The notes under the pieces: generated by a model | What the model was told of the DNA's origin: nothing | The model's database searches: none | The model's input: the letters and a program-made list of their open reading frames with translations, nothing else | Virus record (IMG/VR): IMGVR_UViG_3300011443_000011 | Coordinates: 1 to 44,270 of that record | Reading direction: 5' to 3' (one strand) | DNA from: a virus | Length of the DNA stretch: 44,270 bases | Made by a program: the position numbers and the translations under genes | In this document: piece by piece, positions 31,587 to 40,534 of the stretch | Numbering within the stretch: position 1 is the first letter of the stretch | Layout of the letters: each line of letters opens with the position of its first letter

Positions 31587-34028
31587 TTAGACTTTGATCC
31601 CTGGCTGGCGGTTGGTTTCGGCCAGTTCAAGGGTGACCGCGCGCAACTCGAAGATGCCATCGGTGTTGGCAACCACGGCTTGATGCCATCGGCCGCGAGA
31701 GCGGACCATTCGCAATGGATGGTTGGCTTCCTGCTTGAGATCAATCGCCACTCCAGTGTCGAGATCGAATTGGGCTTGAAGCGAAGACAAAAGTAATGGC
31801 TGACCCGTACTCAACAGGAGTGGAGCGCGAGTCGATAGCAATAACGGATTTCCCGATGAGCCAAGGTATACCGAGTAATCCTGCCGATAGGGTGTATAGA
31901 AGTCGTGATTTGAATTGTCGGTTACCCAGCGGGGAACGCCCGAGGGCTTCTCATATACCCGCCGATCCCGGGTGCGTCCCGCAACCAGGCTGGATTCCTC
32001 AGAGACACCTTCGGTCCTGGTCGCAACGGAGTATTCAGGTTCCTGCGTCGCCAGGACCATCCGCGCAAAGAGACCAGCCTTGAAACCGGCTGAACCGGCG
32101 GTATAGCCGCGAGTCACGGCACTCACCACGATTGGCGCCAGGCCGAGCAAGTTGGGCGCGGCGGGGTCAAACACCTGGTCGCCCGCGTCGCTCTCCTCGT
32201 AGAGATTCAGGTAGCCATCGGCCGTGACGCAACAGAGGCGTTCAATACCGTCCACGGTCATCACGAACCATTCTTTGACCGCCAGGTCCGCGCCGCGCTG
32301 GAGCGGTTGCCAGGCCCCGGTCTGATAATCGAATACGATGACCCCGGTGTTCACATCCACCAGGACCCGTTGCAGCGTGCCGAGGGCCGGGAGATCGGTT
32401 TGGGTTTCCGTATTGCGATAAATCCCGAAGGTGCTCTTGCCGTCCCAGACCACATCGACCACTGCCTGCTCGTCGAAGTGTTCGCCGTTGCAGAGTAACA
32501 CCTCGTTTCCATTGGCTGCCGGCGACGGCCGCCAGCGAAACGTCTGGCCCGCGGAGGTCCAATTGAACGCCCCCACGTCGAGGAACTCGGTGAAGGGGAA
32601 GCCGGCAATCAAATTGGGCGAGACGGATTCGCTTGAATCGACTGGCGCTGCGACGTAAAGCGCATCGTTCCAGTAGGCCACCCGGATCGCATCGGCCAAG
32701 GTCCAATCGATTTGATCGATCCATTGCTGGATGGGATTCGAGAAGGCGGTCTCGGTGCCCTGGATCTTGTTCTGATCTGTTTGCCGCAGGGAGACGACGC
32801 CGCGGCGGGGTGAAACGAAGACAACGTCCTTGCCTACCTCGGCGGCCGCCCGGGGATTCACCACCCCATAATTGCGGATGATCATTTCCAGGGTCAGCGA
32901 GGTGAGGTCGCCGGTGACATTCGTGAGAAGACCCACGGTTGCGGATTTAAGCGCCAGCACCGCGCTGTCGCCGATCTTGACCAGGGCCTGAAGTTCATCG
33001 GCACTGCCCTGGTTGATCCGGAATTCGTTGTTGGGCGCGAACCGCCGATAATCCAGAACATATGTCGCCGCAACAAAGTCGCGCTTGGCGCCGTATCCGC
33101 CGCTGTCGAACTGCCCTCCCGGGATCCAGGAGGTCGTGACCATGAGACGATTGTTGACGTAGATCCCGTTGGTGCAATTGGGAAGGACGAGCCAATCGCG
33201 TTCCCATGCCTCATCGACACCTGGCTCAGAGCCAGCGTCAACATCCTCAACGTCCTCACTTATCTTCCAAGACTCAGAGTTAATCGACCACTCGAGTGTT
33301 GGCCCAACGCTGGTCATGTTGGATGGATAAATGATGAAGGAGTATTCATCCACCACCTGAACGGTGTACCGGCCGTCCTGGAAGCCCGCGGTCGTGCCGC
33401 GCACCTGGATATCAGAGCCGGTAATCAGGCCATGTGGCTCAGGCATCGTCACTGTGAGCTGGCCGCCGGATGAAGTGACATTACCGGTCACCCACGGCCC
33501 CCACGCCACCAGCGCTTCCTCCTCGTATGGGATCGTCGAATCCCATCGCTCAACGAGATCCTTGAATCCCTCATCGATCGATTCCATCACCAGCGGCGCC
33601 ATCTTCTCGCCGCGCAGCATGAACATCAGGTTGAACGCCTGAACGAACGCGACCTCGGTGATGATCTTGATTCCCTTCGGAAGCGGGACTCCCAGCGAGG
33701 TATTGTAAGGCCGGATCGCATGAACCCCTTCGTCCGCCGCGAGCAACAGCCACTCGATCCCATTGGGATCCTTGAACGGCTGCGGTTGACCTTGAATCGC
33801 GCCCCAGGGAAGGACCTTCTCGACATCGAGCCGATTCATCCAGGCCGGTTTCCATAAGCCCAGCCGGGTCACGGGCCGCCCCGTGCGGCATCGGAGATTC
33901 TGCCCGTCGGAGAGCAGGCCGGCCTGAAGCTGAGAGGGCTCAGCGTTCAGGTAGACACCCGACCAGGCGGCGTCGCCGTTGTCGATCGGCGTGTCGTCGC
34001 CAGGGGTATAGGTGCGGTAGCGGGGCAC
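31587..34028 (-). CDS. Large tail (nozzle/tubular-B-like) protein (813 aa)
   Basis: GTG start at 34028. The size and position are comparable to podovirus tail tubular protein B. No motif-level support. Confidence 0.45.
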   Translation of the reverse strand: MPRYRTYTPGDDTPIDNGDAAWSGVYLNAEPSQLQAGLLSDGQNLRCRTGRPVTRLGLWKPAWMNRLDVEKVLPWGAIQGQPQPFKDPNGIEWLLLAADEGVHAIRPYNTSLGVPLPKGIKIITEVAFVQAFNLMFMLRGEKMAPLVMESIDEGFKDLVERWDSTIPYEEEALVAWGPWVTGNVTSSGGQLTVTMPEPHGLITGSDIQVRGTTAGFQDGRYTVQVVDEYSFIIYPSNMTSVGPTLEWSINSESWKISEDVEDVDAGSEPGVDEAWERDWLVLPNCTNGIYVNNRLMVTTSWIPGGQFDSGGYGAKRDFVAATYVLDYRRFAPNNEFRINQGSADELQALVKIGDSAVLALKSATVGLLTNVTGDLTSLTLEMIIRNYGVVNPRAAAEVGKDVVFVSPRRGVVSLRQTDQNKIQGTETAFSNPIQQWIDQIDWTLADAIRVAYWNDALYVAAPVDSSESVSPNLIAGFPFTEFLDVGAFNWTSAGQTFRWRPSPAANGNEVLLCNGEHFDEQAVVDVVWDGKSTFGIYRNTETQTDLPALGTLQRVLVDVNTGVIVFDYQTGAWQPLQRGADLAVKEWFVMTVDGIERLCCVTADGYLNLYEESDAGDQVFDPAAPNLLGLAPIVVSAVTRGYTAGSAGFKAGLFARMVLATQEPEYSVATRTEGVSEESSLVAGRTRDRRVYEKPSGVPRWVTDNSNHDFYTPYRQDYSVYLGSSGNPLLLSTRAPLLLSTGQPLLLSSLQAQFDLDTGVAIDLKQEANHPLRMVRSRGRWHQAVVANTDGIFELRAVTLELAETNRQPGIKV

Positions 34029-34031
34029 GGG

Positions 34032-34197
34032 AGGTGTCGGGTGTCAGGTGTCAGGTTTCAGGGGGGCACAAACGGAGGTGTCAGGTGTCGGGTGTCAGGT
34101 GTTAGGGGGGCAGAGGCGGCACCACTCGGATTTCTACGCACAGGTGATTGGTTTCGGTGACCCCTGGCACCTGAAACCCGACACCTGACACCTCTCT
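34032..34197. repeat. Three-arm heptamer-array element: two direct arrays plus one inverted array
   Basis: Arm a 34032..34066: AGGTGTC GGGTGTC AGGTGTC AGGTTTC AGGGGGG. Arm b 34076..34110: AGGTGTC AGGTGTC GGGTGTC AGGTGTT AGGGGGG. Arm c 34163..34197: CCTGGCA CCTGAAA CCCGACA CCTGACA CCTCTCT. Arms b and c pair over 33 positions (34076..34108 with 34161..34193): 30 WC, 2 G:T, 1 G:A. Confidence 0.9.
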
Positions 34198-34401
34198 GCC
34201 CAACGTATTCGGCGCCATATTGGCTACAGGGATTCGCGAGACCCTGGTGAAGTGAGCGAACCCAATAATAAAGCCGTCCGTGGCGTCGTCCTTGAATTGG
34301 CCCAGGCCAAAAATCTGGGTGTGAGAAACCCGCGAAGAATGAGGCGCATGCTGGCATCCGGCCATCAAGGCCGCTGCGACCAGTGGAATTATGCGTTTCA
34401 C
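34102..34401 (-). CDS. Lipoprotein (99 aa)
   Basis: MKRIIPLVAAALMAGC has a lipobox LMAG/C. The C-terminal ~30 codons run through heptamer arm c and the loop, and stop inside arm b, so the true 3' end is uncertain. Confidence 0.55.
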   Translation of the reverse strand: MKRIIPLVAAALMAGCQHAPHSSRVSHTQIFGLGQFKDDATDGFIIGFAHFTRVSRIPVANMAPNTLGREVSGVGFQVPGVTETNHLCVEIRVVPPLPP

Positions 34402-34420
34402 TCACGACCATTCCCAAATC

Positions 34421-34864
34421 CTATGCGCTCCCGGTCACCCGGTCCCCGGTAATTGTCAAAGTCACTCGGTCCCCGCTCTGTCGAAAGGAAACGCCGACCT
34501 GCCGCAGCACCATATCGAAATTCCCAGGCGCTGGTGGCGGCGCTTGCGTCTCGCACGGGTTTGGGACCGGATCGCCATCCTCGTCGAGAATCACCTCCCA
34601 GCTCGATCGCAGTGATGGCAGGATGACTCTCCGGTACCATCGCAGCCCGGCATTGATGGTTAATTGTGAAAACTGCCCGGTGCTTTCCGCCTGTTGGCGA
34701 TCGGCCTTGATGATCTCGAGCACGTCCTGTTTGCGCTGGCCCTCGAGCGTTTCCTGCCATTGCGGAGGTGTATGCGTATCGTCGGTGAAATACGCGACCA
34801 CCTCGCACGCGGGATTGGCTGGGTCCGCACCGTAAACGAGCCATGCATAAGCTTCGGTTCTCAT
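34421..34864 (-). CDS. Hypothetical structural-module protein (147 aa)
   Basis: ATG at 34864, preceded by a heptamer array. Confidence 0.5.
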   Translation of the reverse strand: MRTEAYAWLVYGADPANPACEVVAYFTDDTHTPPQWQETLEGQRKQDVLEIIKADRQQAESTGQFSQLTINAGLRWYRRVILPSLRSSWEVILDEDGDPVPNPCETQAPPPAPGNFDMVLRQVGVSFRQSGDRVTLTITGDRVTGSA

Positions 34865-34868
34865 AAGC

Positions 34869-34964
34869 AGGTTTCAGGTTTCAGGTGTCGGGTGTCAGGG
34901 AGGCATAGGCGGAGGGCGGGTCCCGCGTCTGCGGGAGGCCTTCCCTGACACCTGACACCTCATA
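34869..34964. repeat. Heptamer-array hairpin
   Basis: Left arm: AGGTTTC AGGTTTC AGGTGTC GGGTGTC AGGGAGG (34869..34903). Right arm: ...CCTGACA CCTGACA CCTCATA (34937..34964). The stem pairs 34883..34903 with 34940..34960 (21 bp: 19 WC, 2 G:T). The upstream stop (34960..34962) is at the stem base. Confidence 0.9.
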
Positions 34965-35547
34965 CAAGCGCCTCGACCACCCCGTATTGGGGATCGTGAT
35001 ACGTGTCGTTGAGATCGCGCACCAGGGCGCCGATAAAGCCGCCATCCTTGAAGGCCTGGAGGTACTTGTTGAAGTTGGCCTTGTCGCTTACCTGGACCAC
35101 CTGCGGGATATCCACCCCCTCCGGTTGCGGCCCCAGGTTCACCAGGGCATAGGAGCGCTGCATGGCGGTCCGGTCCGGCTGGTACACGTCATTGATCAGC
35201 CAGAGCGGGGTGTCGATCTGGATGCCATCCGTCCCGGGAAACTTGATGTTGATAAACCGGGCGAAAGAGAAGCCGATCCCAGTCATGCCAGGCCGGTACT
35301 CTTCGCCGGCAAGATGGGTCGTCGTTGAGGGGTAAACCCACCACGCAGGCGGTGTCTGGCGCCAATAGGTCTCCTCGGTGTCCAGGTTATAGATGATCTG
35401 GCGGCCGCCGCCCCATGGGATCATCAGGGCAGGAAATTTCGGTTCCCAAGTCGGCAGAATGTCCTGGAATGCGATCGGCGGATCCGGCCAGTCGAGAGTG
35501 ATCCTGCGTTCTCGCCGGCGACGACGGATATATGGATTGAGTTTCAT
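34960..35547 (-). CDS. Hypothetical protein (195 aa), possibly a tail tubular-A-like adaptor
   Basis: Only its size and position support a tail role. No lysozyme or peptidase motif seen. Confidence 0.35.
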   Translation of the reverse strand: MKLNPYIRRRRRERRITLDWPDPPIAFQDILPTWEPKFPALMIPWGGGRQIIYNLDTEETYWRQTPPAWWVYPSTTTHLAGEEYRPGMTGIGFSFARFINIKFPGTDGIQIDTPLWLINDVYQPDRTAMQRSYALVNLGPQPEGVDIPQVVQVSDKANFNKYLQAFKDGGFIGALVRDLNDTYHDPQYGVVEALV

Positions 35548-35590
35548 AATAGTTAAAATGGATTGCTGCCGCGTTTGCCTCCGCCGCCCG

Positions 35591-35791
35591 TTAGCCGAGT
35601 TGTATTAGTTTGGTCAGGAGATACACCATCACCAACACCACAAGGACGACCTTCACCCAGTAGTTAAAGATCGGTTGCTTGATTGCGAAGTCGATCAGTG
35701 CCCACAGCCCACACGCCACCGCACAGACGATAATCACACGGACCATCACCTTCAGCATTTCCGCGTCGGTCATTGCTAATATTGTTTTCAT
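35591..35791 (-). CDS. Holin-like two-TM protein (66 aa)
   Basis: ATG 35791 is 7 nt after the fibre stop. In MKTILAMTDAEMLKVMVRVIIVCAVACGLWALIDFAIKQPIFNYWVKVVLVVLVMVYLLTKLIQLG I see two hydrophobic helices and a charged C-terminus. The 132-aa ORF-track version overlaps the fibre gene and is discarded. Confidence 0.5.
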   Translation of the reverse strand: MKTILAMTDAEMLKVMVRVIIVCAVACGLWALIDFAIKQPIFNYWVKVVLVVLVMVYLLTKLIQLG

Positions 35792-35798
35792 GGCTAGT

Positions 35799-38700
35799 TC
35801 ATTGTAATCGCAACCACATCCTGGCCGGATCGATTGAGGAACGGACGGAAATCGCGCCGGAGACGTTCGGGTCGTAGGCCGCGAGGTAATAATCCGCATG
35901 GCCCCGATCGCCGACCGTGAGATTTCCAAGGGTGGAGACCTTCTTGAAGGTGATGGGAACGTCCGCGAGGTCGGCGAAGGTATCGACAACGCCAGCGAAT
36001 GAGATCGAAGTCACTTTCCGGCTGACCGAGTTCGTGACCGCGAATCCCTCCGACATTGCAAGCGCAGTGCGGTAGCCTGAATTGACCATCACCCATGCGC
36101 CTGGCAGTCCGGGTCCGCTCCAGTTACGGTAGAAAACCAAGTCGACTGCGGTGCCTTCCTTGAGGGTGTTTGCGGGCAGTTCTCCGCCATCCGGAAGGAA
36201 AATAGAACGCTCATACGTGCGATCAGCGCCGGATGGGGGATTGGTCGGAAAGTTGAGTGACACCCCGCCGGTTCCGGTATTTGCCCAACCACCTGGGGCG
36301 TTGGGCCGGCGCACACGGCCGACAAGTCGCGTGCCTTCAGGTGGCTCAGGCAAGGCACCCGTATACGCGGGATTCAACGTTCCGACCCCGAACCACAATG
36401 TCGTCGGATTGACTGCCGTGGTTGTGTCCGTCAAAGTCGATTCGAATTGCAGCGGGCTGCCCGCCGTTCCGGCGAGCGACGCAAACTCCACCGACCCATC
36501 CACATTATTGAGGGTGAGCACCTGGCCGGTTGCCACCGCGCCCGCGCCCTGGTTCACCTTGGGCGTCTTCAGGCGCAGCACCGATTGTCCCTTCAACTCA
36601 AGCTCGCCGGAGGTTTCGATCTTGGCTCTCGAGATCGCGTTGACATCGAACGTTCCAAGGGAATTCATCGCCATGTTGCCGAATCCCTGGAAGGTCAGCG
36701 TCTGGTTGTTCATGGTCACCGTCCGAGGGCCACTGAGTGTGCCGTTGGCGTTGTAGATGCTCGTATCGGGTGGCAGGGCGGCATACTCGACCCTGCCGAC
36801 ATCCTGGTCCATGAGCGTGAGCACCTGGCCATTGATCGCGGTCCCATCCGAAATCTTGGGTGTGAAAATGTCGAGCTTGGTCCGGCCTTCCAGGTGCAAG
36901 GTGCCACTGGTTTGCAACGTGCCATCCGCGGTCGAATTCAGATTGTAACTAGTGAGGGCCGTGCCGAACAGCCGGCCAGGCCCTTGGAAATTCAAATTCA
37001 CCCCGCTCATGGTGACCGTGCGATTGCCTGTCAAGGCGCCGTCCGAGTTGTATAGATTGACTGTTGGGACCGTGTTAAACTCCACGGCGCCATTGCTCTG
37101 GTCAATCAATTGCAGGAATTGACCTTGCCGGCCGGCGTATAAAGGAGTCCGAAGCATCAAACGGGTGGGTGCGGCAATGGTGGTGGTGGCGGAGGACACC
37201 CCGAAATCGTTCAGGCCAGTGAAAAGCAAGCTGTTGTTGTTGCCGCTCAGCGTGCGATGCCCGGTTAAAGCCGCGTCATGCGTGTAAATGCTGACATCCG
37301 GACCGGCCACGCTCAAGGGTTGGTAATCTGCCGTGCCGTCAGCGGCGAGGGTGAGCACCTGGCCGGCCATCAAGGCGGGAGTTGAGGCGATCAAGCGTGG
37401 CGTGTTGAGGTAGAATTGCTTGGTGGACGTTAGCCGAATCCACTCGGACGCGAACACGTCGTTGGTCTTGGCGGACAAGACGATTCGGTTCGGGCCGTTC
37501 ACCTGGAAACGATCGCCTGTGCCCGTAAAATCGAGGTTGAATGTGCTCTGGTTAACTTGCCGATTGCCGGTCAACACTCCGTCAGCAGTGTAGATATTTA
37601 CCGCATTGGTCGGTAACGGCAGCGGGGCAAATTCAACCCGGCCACTCGACGATTCTTGAAGCGTCAACACGTACCCATTGGCGACGCCGCCGTTGGTAAG
37701 CACCTTGGGTGTCGCGATACTGACGCTCCCCTTGCCCCAAATCGCCGCGTTCGTGCTGTCCACAAAGAACTGATTGAGACCGACCATGTTCAGGCTGTTA
37801 CCGGCGCCCGTGATGGTCCGAGTGCCGGTCAATGTGCCGCTCGTCGTGTATATGTTGGTTGGGAAATACCAATCGCACTCGCCATCCGCTGCCGTCAGCG
37901 TGAGGACCATTCCAATGGTTGCCGCGCCCCTGGGCTCTGGCGCCTGGTTATCTCTTTGAAAAAGGTCGAGCATTTCAGTGGGCAATTGCCCGCTCTCCCT
38001 GAGCAGCGTGAAGATCCGCGGGGTCGCCAGCTTGAACTTGCTTGCCCCCGTAAGCTGCAGCAGCGTCGAACCGTAGACGTCGTTCGTCACCCCATAGAAT
38101 CGCCCTCGCCCGAAATTGATGGCGTCGAAATAACCAGTCGTACCAAACGCGACATTTCCCGAGCCCGAAAACGAGAGTGTCCTTGGACTTGGACCTACCG
38201 TGACTGTCCGATCCGCCGTAATCGTCCCGCTCGCGGTGTAAATGCTGACATCCGTGGGAAAGGAGATCGATTTGTACTCCGCGGTCCCGGTGGCGGGATT
38301 CATCAGTGTCAACACCTGGTTGGAGACCGCCGTGGAGCCGGCGACATTGGGCGTCTTCAGGTTAAACTCCAGCGCGCCGCTGATCGTTGAGGTACGGCCG
38401 CTCGAGCTGAAATGATTCAGATTGGTCAGCGACAGCTCCCGGAAATTGCCCTCAACAATGCGATTGCCGCCCAAAATGCCATTCGTGTTATAGAGGTTAT
38501 AGGCCGGGTGAAAGTCCGCGAGGCCAGTGCCGGAATTCACCATGGTTAATACCTGCCCATCAGCCGCGCCTGCGCTGAATCGCGGGGTAAATAACTTGAA
38601 CCGCTGCCCAGCGCCCACCTGGTATTCCTCGGTTGCGTATTGGACATTCGTGATGGAGGACATCCCGATATACTTGATAGCCTCCACCGTGAATTGCCCG

Positions 38701-40391
38701 CCGGGATCGATAAATGAAAGCCGGTTGGTCCCAAGACGAAACGAAAGCTGATTCGTGCCAAGATGAACCTGTCGCGGACCGGTGAGTGTTCCGTCCGAGG
38801 TGTAAATGTTCACCGAGGAGGTCACCGGCAACGGCCGCCAGTCCACAAGGCCGCCCGTGTCCAGCAAGGTGAGGACCTGGTTGGTGGCTGCGGTTCCACC
38901 CACGATGCTGGGTGTGCGCATTCTATATTCCACCGACGCCCCGGAGATATTCGTCAGGATTCCCCGGGTCTCATAAAGGCTGAAGTTGGTGAACGTGAGG
39001 TTCCTGCTAGCGCCGGATACGGTTCGATTATCTGCCAGGGCGCCATTGGCGGTGTAGAGATTGGAGGAGACCACAAACTCTGAACGGCCCGTTGCCGCAT
39101 CGAGCAGGGTCAAGACATGCCCGTTGGTTGCCGTGGCGGCGACCACATTGGGAGTCGCCAGGCCGAGTGAACTGGAGCCGTACAGCAAGGAATTCTGGGC
39201 CGCCGCGCCGAAGTTCAAGAGGTTCGTGAAGGTCAATCTCCGGGAGGCCCCTTGCAGCGTTCGGTCACTCGAGATCGTGCCATCGGAATTGTAGATATTG
39301 AGCGTTGGCTGCGCGACTGCCGGCAAAAATTCCGCCATTCCCGTCGTCGCATTCGCCAAGGTCAGCACGTGGCCAACCTGGGCGCTGGCATTGCGAACAT
39401 TGGGCGTACGGACGTTAAAGAAGTTGGTGGCGACGATGAGCGCCTCGCCGCCGCGCATCGCCGCCGCGGGCGATTGGATCTCAACAATGGGCGCCGTCAT
39501 AAGCAACCCACTGCCCGCATTGGTCGATATGAACTGGAGAACGCGATTAGTGAGGTCAACAACCCGGTTGCCAGTTAATGCTCCGTTGCTGTTGTAGATA
39601 TTCGTCCCGCTCGCTCCGGCTGGGAGCGGGGCGAATTCAACCACGCCATTGACCCCGCTCAAGGTGAGCACCTGGCCCACCTGGGAGCCGCCCGCGACAA
39701 CGTTCGGGGTTCGAATGCTCAGGAGTCCAGGGGACTCAATGATGGTGTTGCCCGCGCTCTTCAGGCTGGCGAATTGGCTCGCATCCACTGAAAATGTATC
39801 GACTGGCACAAAGGTGACCGGGCCACCCCTGAAAGTGAGTGACTTGCCGTTGAGCGTGACGATCCGGTTGCTCGCGATCGTTCCATCCCCTGTATAGAGC
39901 GTCGTAGCGGGGGTTGGGGTTCTGAATTCCGCCTCGCCCGTGCCAACATTGATCAACGTCAGAGCGTCACCAGCCTTGGCACTGGCAGCGCTCACGAAGG
40001 GAGTGCGGAGATTGAAATGCTGACCAGGGGACAAAGTGATATCACTCGGGGTCGCCAGGCTGATTAAACCATTGGCCGCCACCGTAAAGCTGCTGATGTT
40101 CGAGGAAGCGATGCTCCCAGGGCCGCGCCAAAAAAGAGGGTTGGCGCCGAGATCAACTATCCGGGGGCCATTCAGGGTGCCATCGGAGGTATAAAAGGTT
40201 GGCCCGCTGGCGATCGGCAGCATCCGCCAGGCCCAGGGCGCGGTGCTCGAGGCGATCAAGGTGCTCGTATTGGTGCCGCTCCAGGTATTGGTGAGGGCGT
40301 ACATTGCCGCCGTCTCCTGGACGGTGACGGTTGCCGTTCGGTTGCCGCCTGGGGTGGGATCCGCGACTTGAAACGGGTTGGCCGCCACCAT
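35799..40391 (-). CDS. Giant modular fibre/adhesin-like protein (1530 aa from ATG 40391; 1584 aa if ATG 40553)
   Basis: 13 tandem modules averaging ~96 aa span aa 120-1367 of the long ORF. Each has [IL]Y[TN]xxGxLxxxRxV...LxFxG followed by TP[NRK]vxxxxxxxGqVLTLxxxxxGxxEF. A unique 217-aa C-terminal domain follows. The start is ambiguous (see findings). Confidence 0.7.
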   Translation of the reverse strand: MVAANPFQVADPTPGGNRTATVTVQETAAMYALTNTWSGTNTSTLIASSTAPWAWRMLPIASGPTFYTSDGTLNGPRIVDLGANPLFWRGPGSIASSNISSFTVAANGLISLATPSDITLSPGQHFNLRTPFVSAASAKAGDALTLINVGTGEAEFRTPTPATTLYTGDGTIASNRIVTLNGKSLTFRGGPVTFVPVDTFSVDASQFASLKSAGNTIIESPGLLSIRTPNVVAGGSQVGQVLTLSGVNGVVEFAPLPAGASGTNIYNSNGALTGNRVVDLTNRVLQFISTNAGSGLLMTAPIVEIQSPAAAMRGGEALIVATNFFNVRTPNVRNASAQVGHVLTLANATTGMAEFLPAVAQPTLNIYNSDGTISSDRTLQGASRRLTFTNLLNFGAAAQNSLLYGSSSLGLATPNVVAATATNGHVLTLLDAATGRSEFVVSSNLYTANGALADNRTVSGASRNLTFTNFSLYETRGILTNISGASVEYRMRTPSIVGGTAATNQVLTLLDTGGLVDWRPLPVTSSVNIYTSDGTLTGPRQVHLGTNQLSFRLGTNRLSFIDPGGQFTVEAIKYIGMSSITNVQYATEEYQVGAGQRFKLFTPRFSAGAADGQVLTMVNSGTGLADFHPAYNLYNTNGILGGNRIVEGNFRELSLTNLNHFSSSGRTSTISGALEFNLKTPNVAGSTAVSNQVLTLMNPATGTAEYKSISFPTDVSIYTASGTITADRTVTVGPSPRTLSFSGSGNVAFGTTGYFDAINFGRGRFYGVTNDVYGSTLLQLTGASKFKLATPRIFTLLRESGQLPTEMLDLFQRDNQAPEPRGAATIGMVLTLTAADGECDWYFPTNIYTTSGTLTGTRTITGAGNSLNMVGLNQFFVDSTNAAIWGKGSVSIATPKVLTNGGVANGYVLTLQESSSGRVEFAPLPLPTNAVNIYTADGVLTGNRQVNQSTFNLDFTGTGDRFQVNGPNRIVLSAKTNDVFASEWIRLTSTKQFYLNTPRLIASTPALMAGQVLTLAADGTADYQPLSVAGPDVSIYTHDAALTGHRTLSGNNNSLLFTGLNDFGVSSATTTIAAPTRLMLRTPLYAGRQGQFLQLIDQSNGAVEFNTVPTVNLYNSDGALTGNRTVTMSGVNLNFQGPGRLFGTALTSYNLNSTADGTLQTSGTLHLEGRTKLDIFTPKISDGTAINGQVLTLMDQDVGRVEYAALPPDTSIYNANGTLSGPRTVTMNNQTLTFQGFGNMAMNSLGTFDVNAISRAKIETSGELELKGQSVLRLKTPKVNQGAGAVATGQVLTLNNVDGSVEFASLAGTAGSPLQFESTLTDTTTAVNPTTLWFGVGTLNPAYTGALPEPPEGTRLVGRVRRPNAPGGWANTGTGGVSLNFPTNPPSGADRTYERSIFLPDGGELPANTLKEGTAVDLVFYRNWSGPGLPGAWVMVNSGYRTALAMSEGFAVTNSVSRKVTSISFAGVVDTFADLADVPITFKKVSTLGNLTVGDRGHADYYLAAYDPNVSGAISVRSSIDPARMWLRLQ

Positions 40392-40433
40392 CTGGCTGAT
40401 CGTGATGAACGACTTGACGGTCGGCTGGGCAAC

Positions 40434-40529
40434 TAGGGAAGAGGGACTAGAGGCGAGGGACGAGAGCAGAAAGAACCAAAGGAAACGCAAGAGTCTTCCC
40501 TGACCCCTCGCCCCTAATCCCTCGCCCCT
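40434..40529. repeat. Inverted pair of heptamer arrays (NAGGGNN type) upstream of or within the fibre 5' end
   Basis: Left arm 40434..40468: TAGGGAA GAGGGAC TAGAGGC GAGGGAC GAGAGCA. Right arm 40495..40529: CTTCCCT GACCCCT CGCCCCT AATCCCT CGCCCCT. On the mRNA the 5' arm reads AGGGGCGAGGGAUUAGGGGCGAGGGGUCAGGGAAG. Confidence 0.85.
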
Positions 40530-40534
40530 AACTA

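Noticed and set aside
35591-35989. 132-aa ORF overlapping the fibre 3' end
   Set aside because: The N-terminal half (Ser/Pro/Arg-rich) overlaps the fibre C-terminal domain. The internal ATG 35791 lies 7 nt after the fibre stop and yields a clean two-TM protein.
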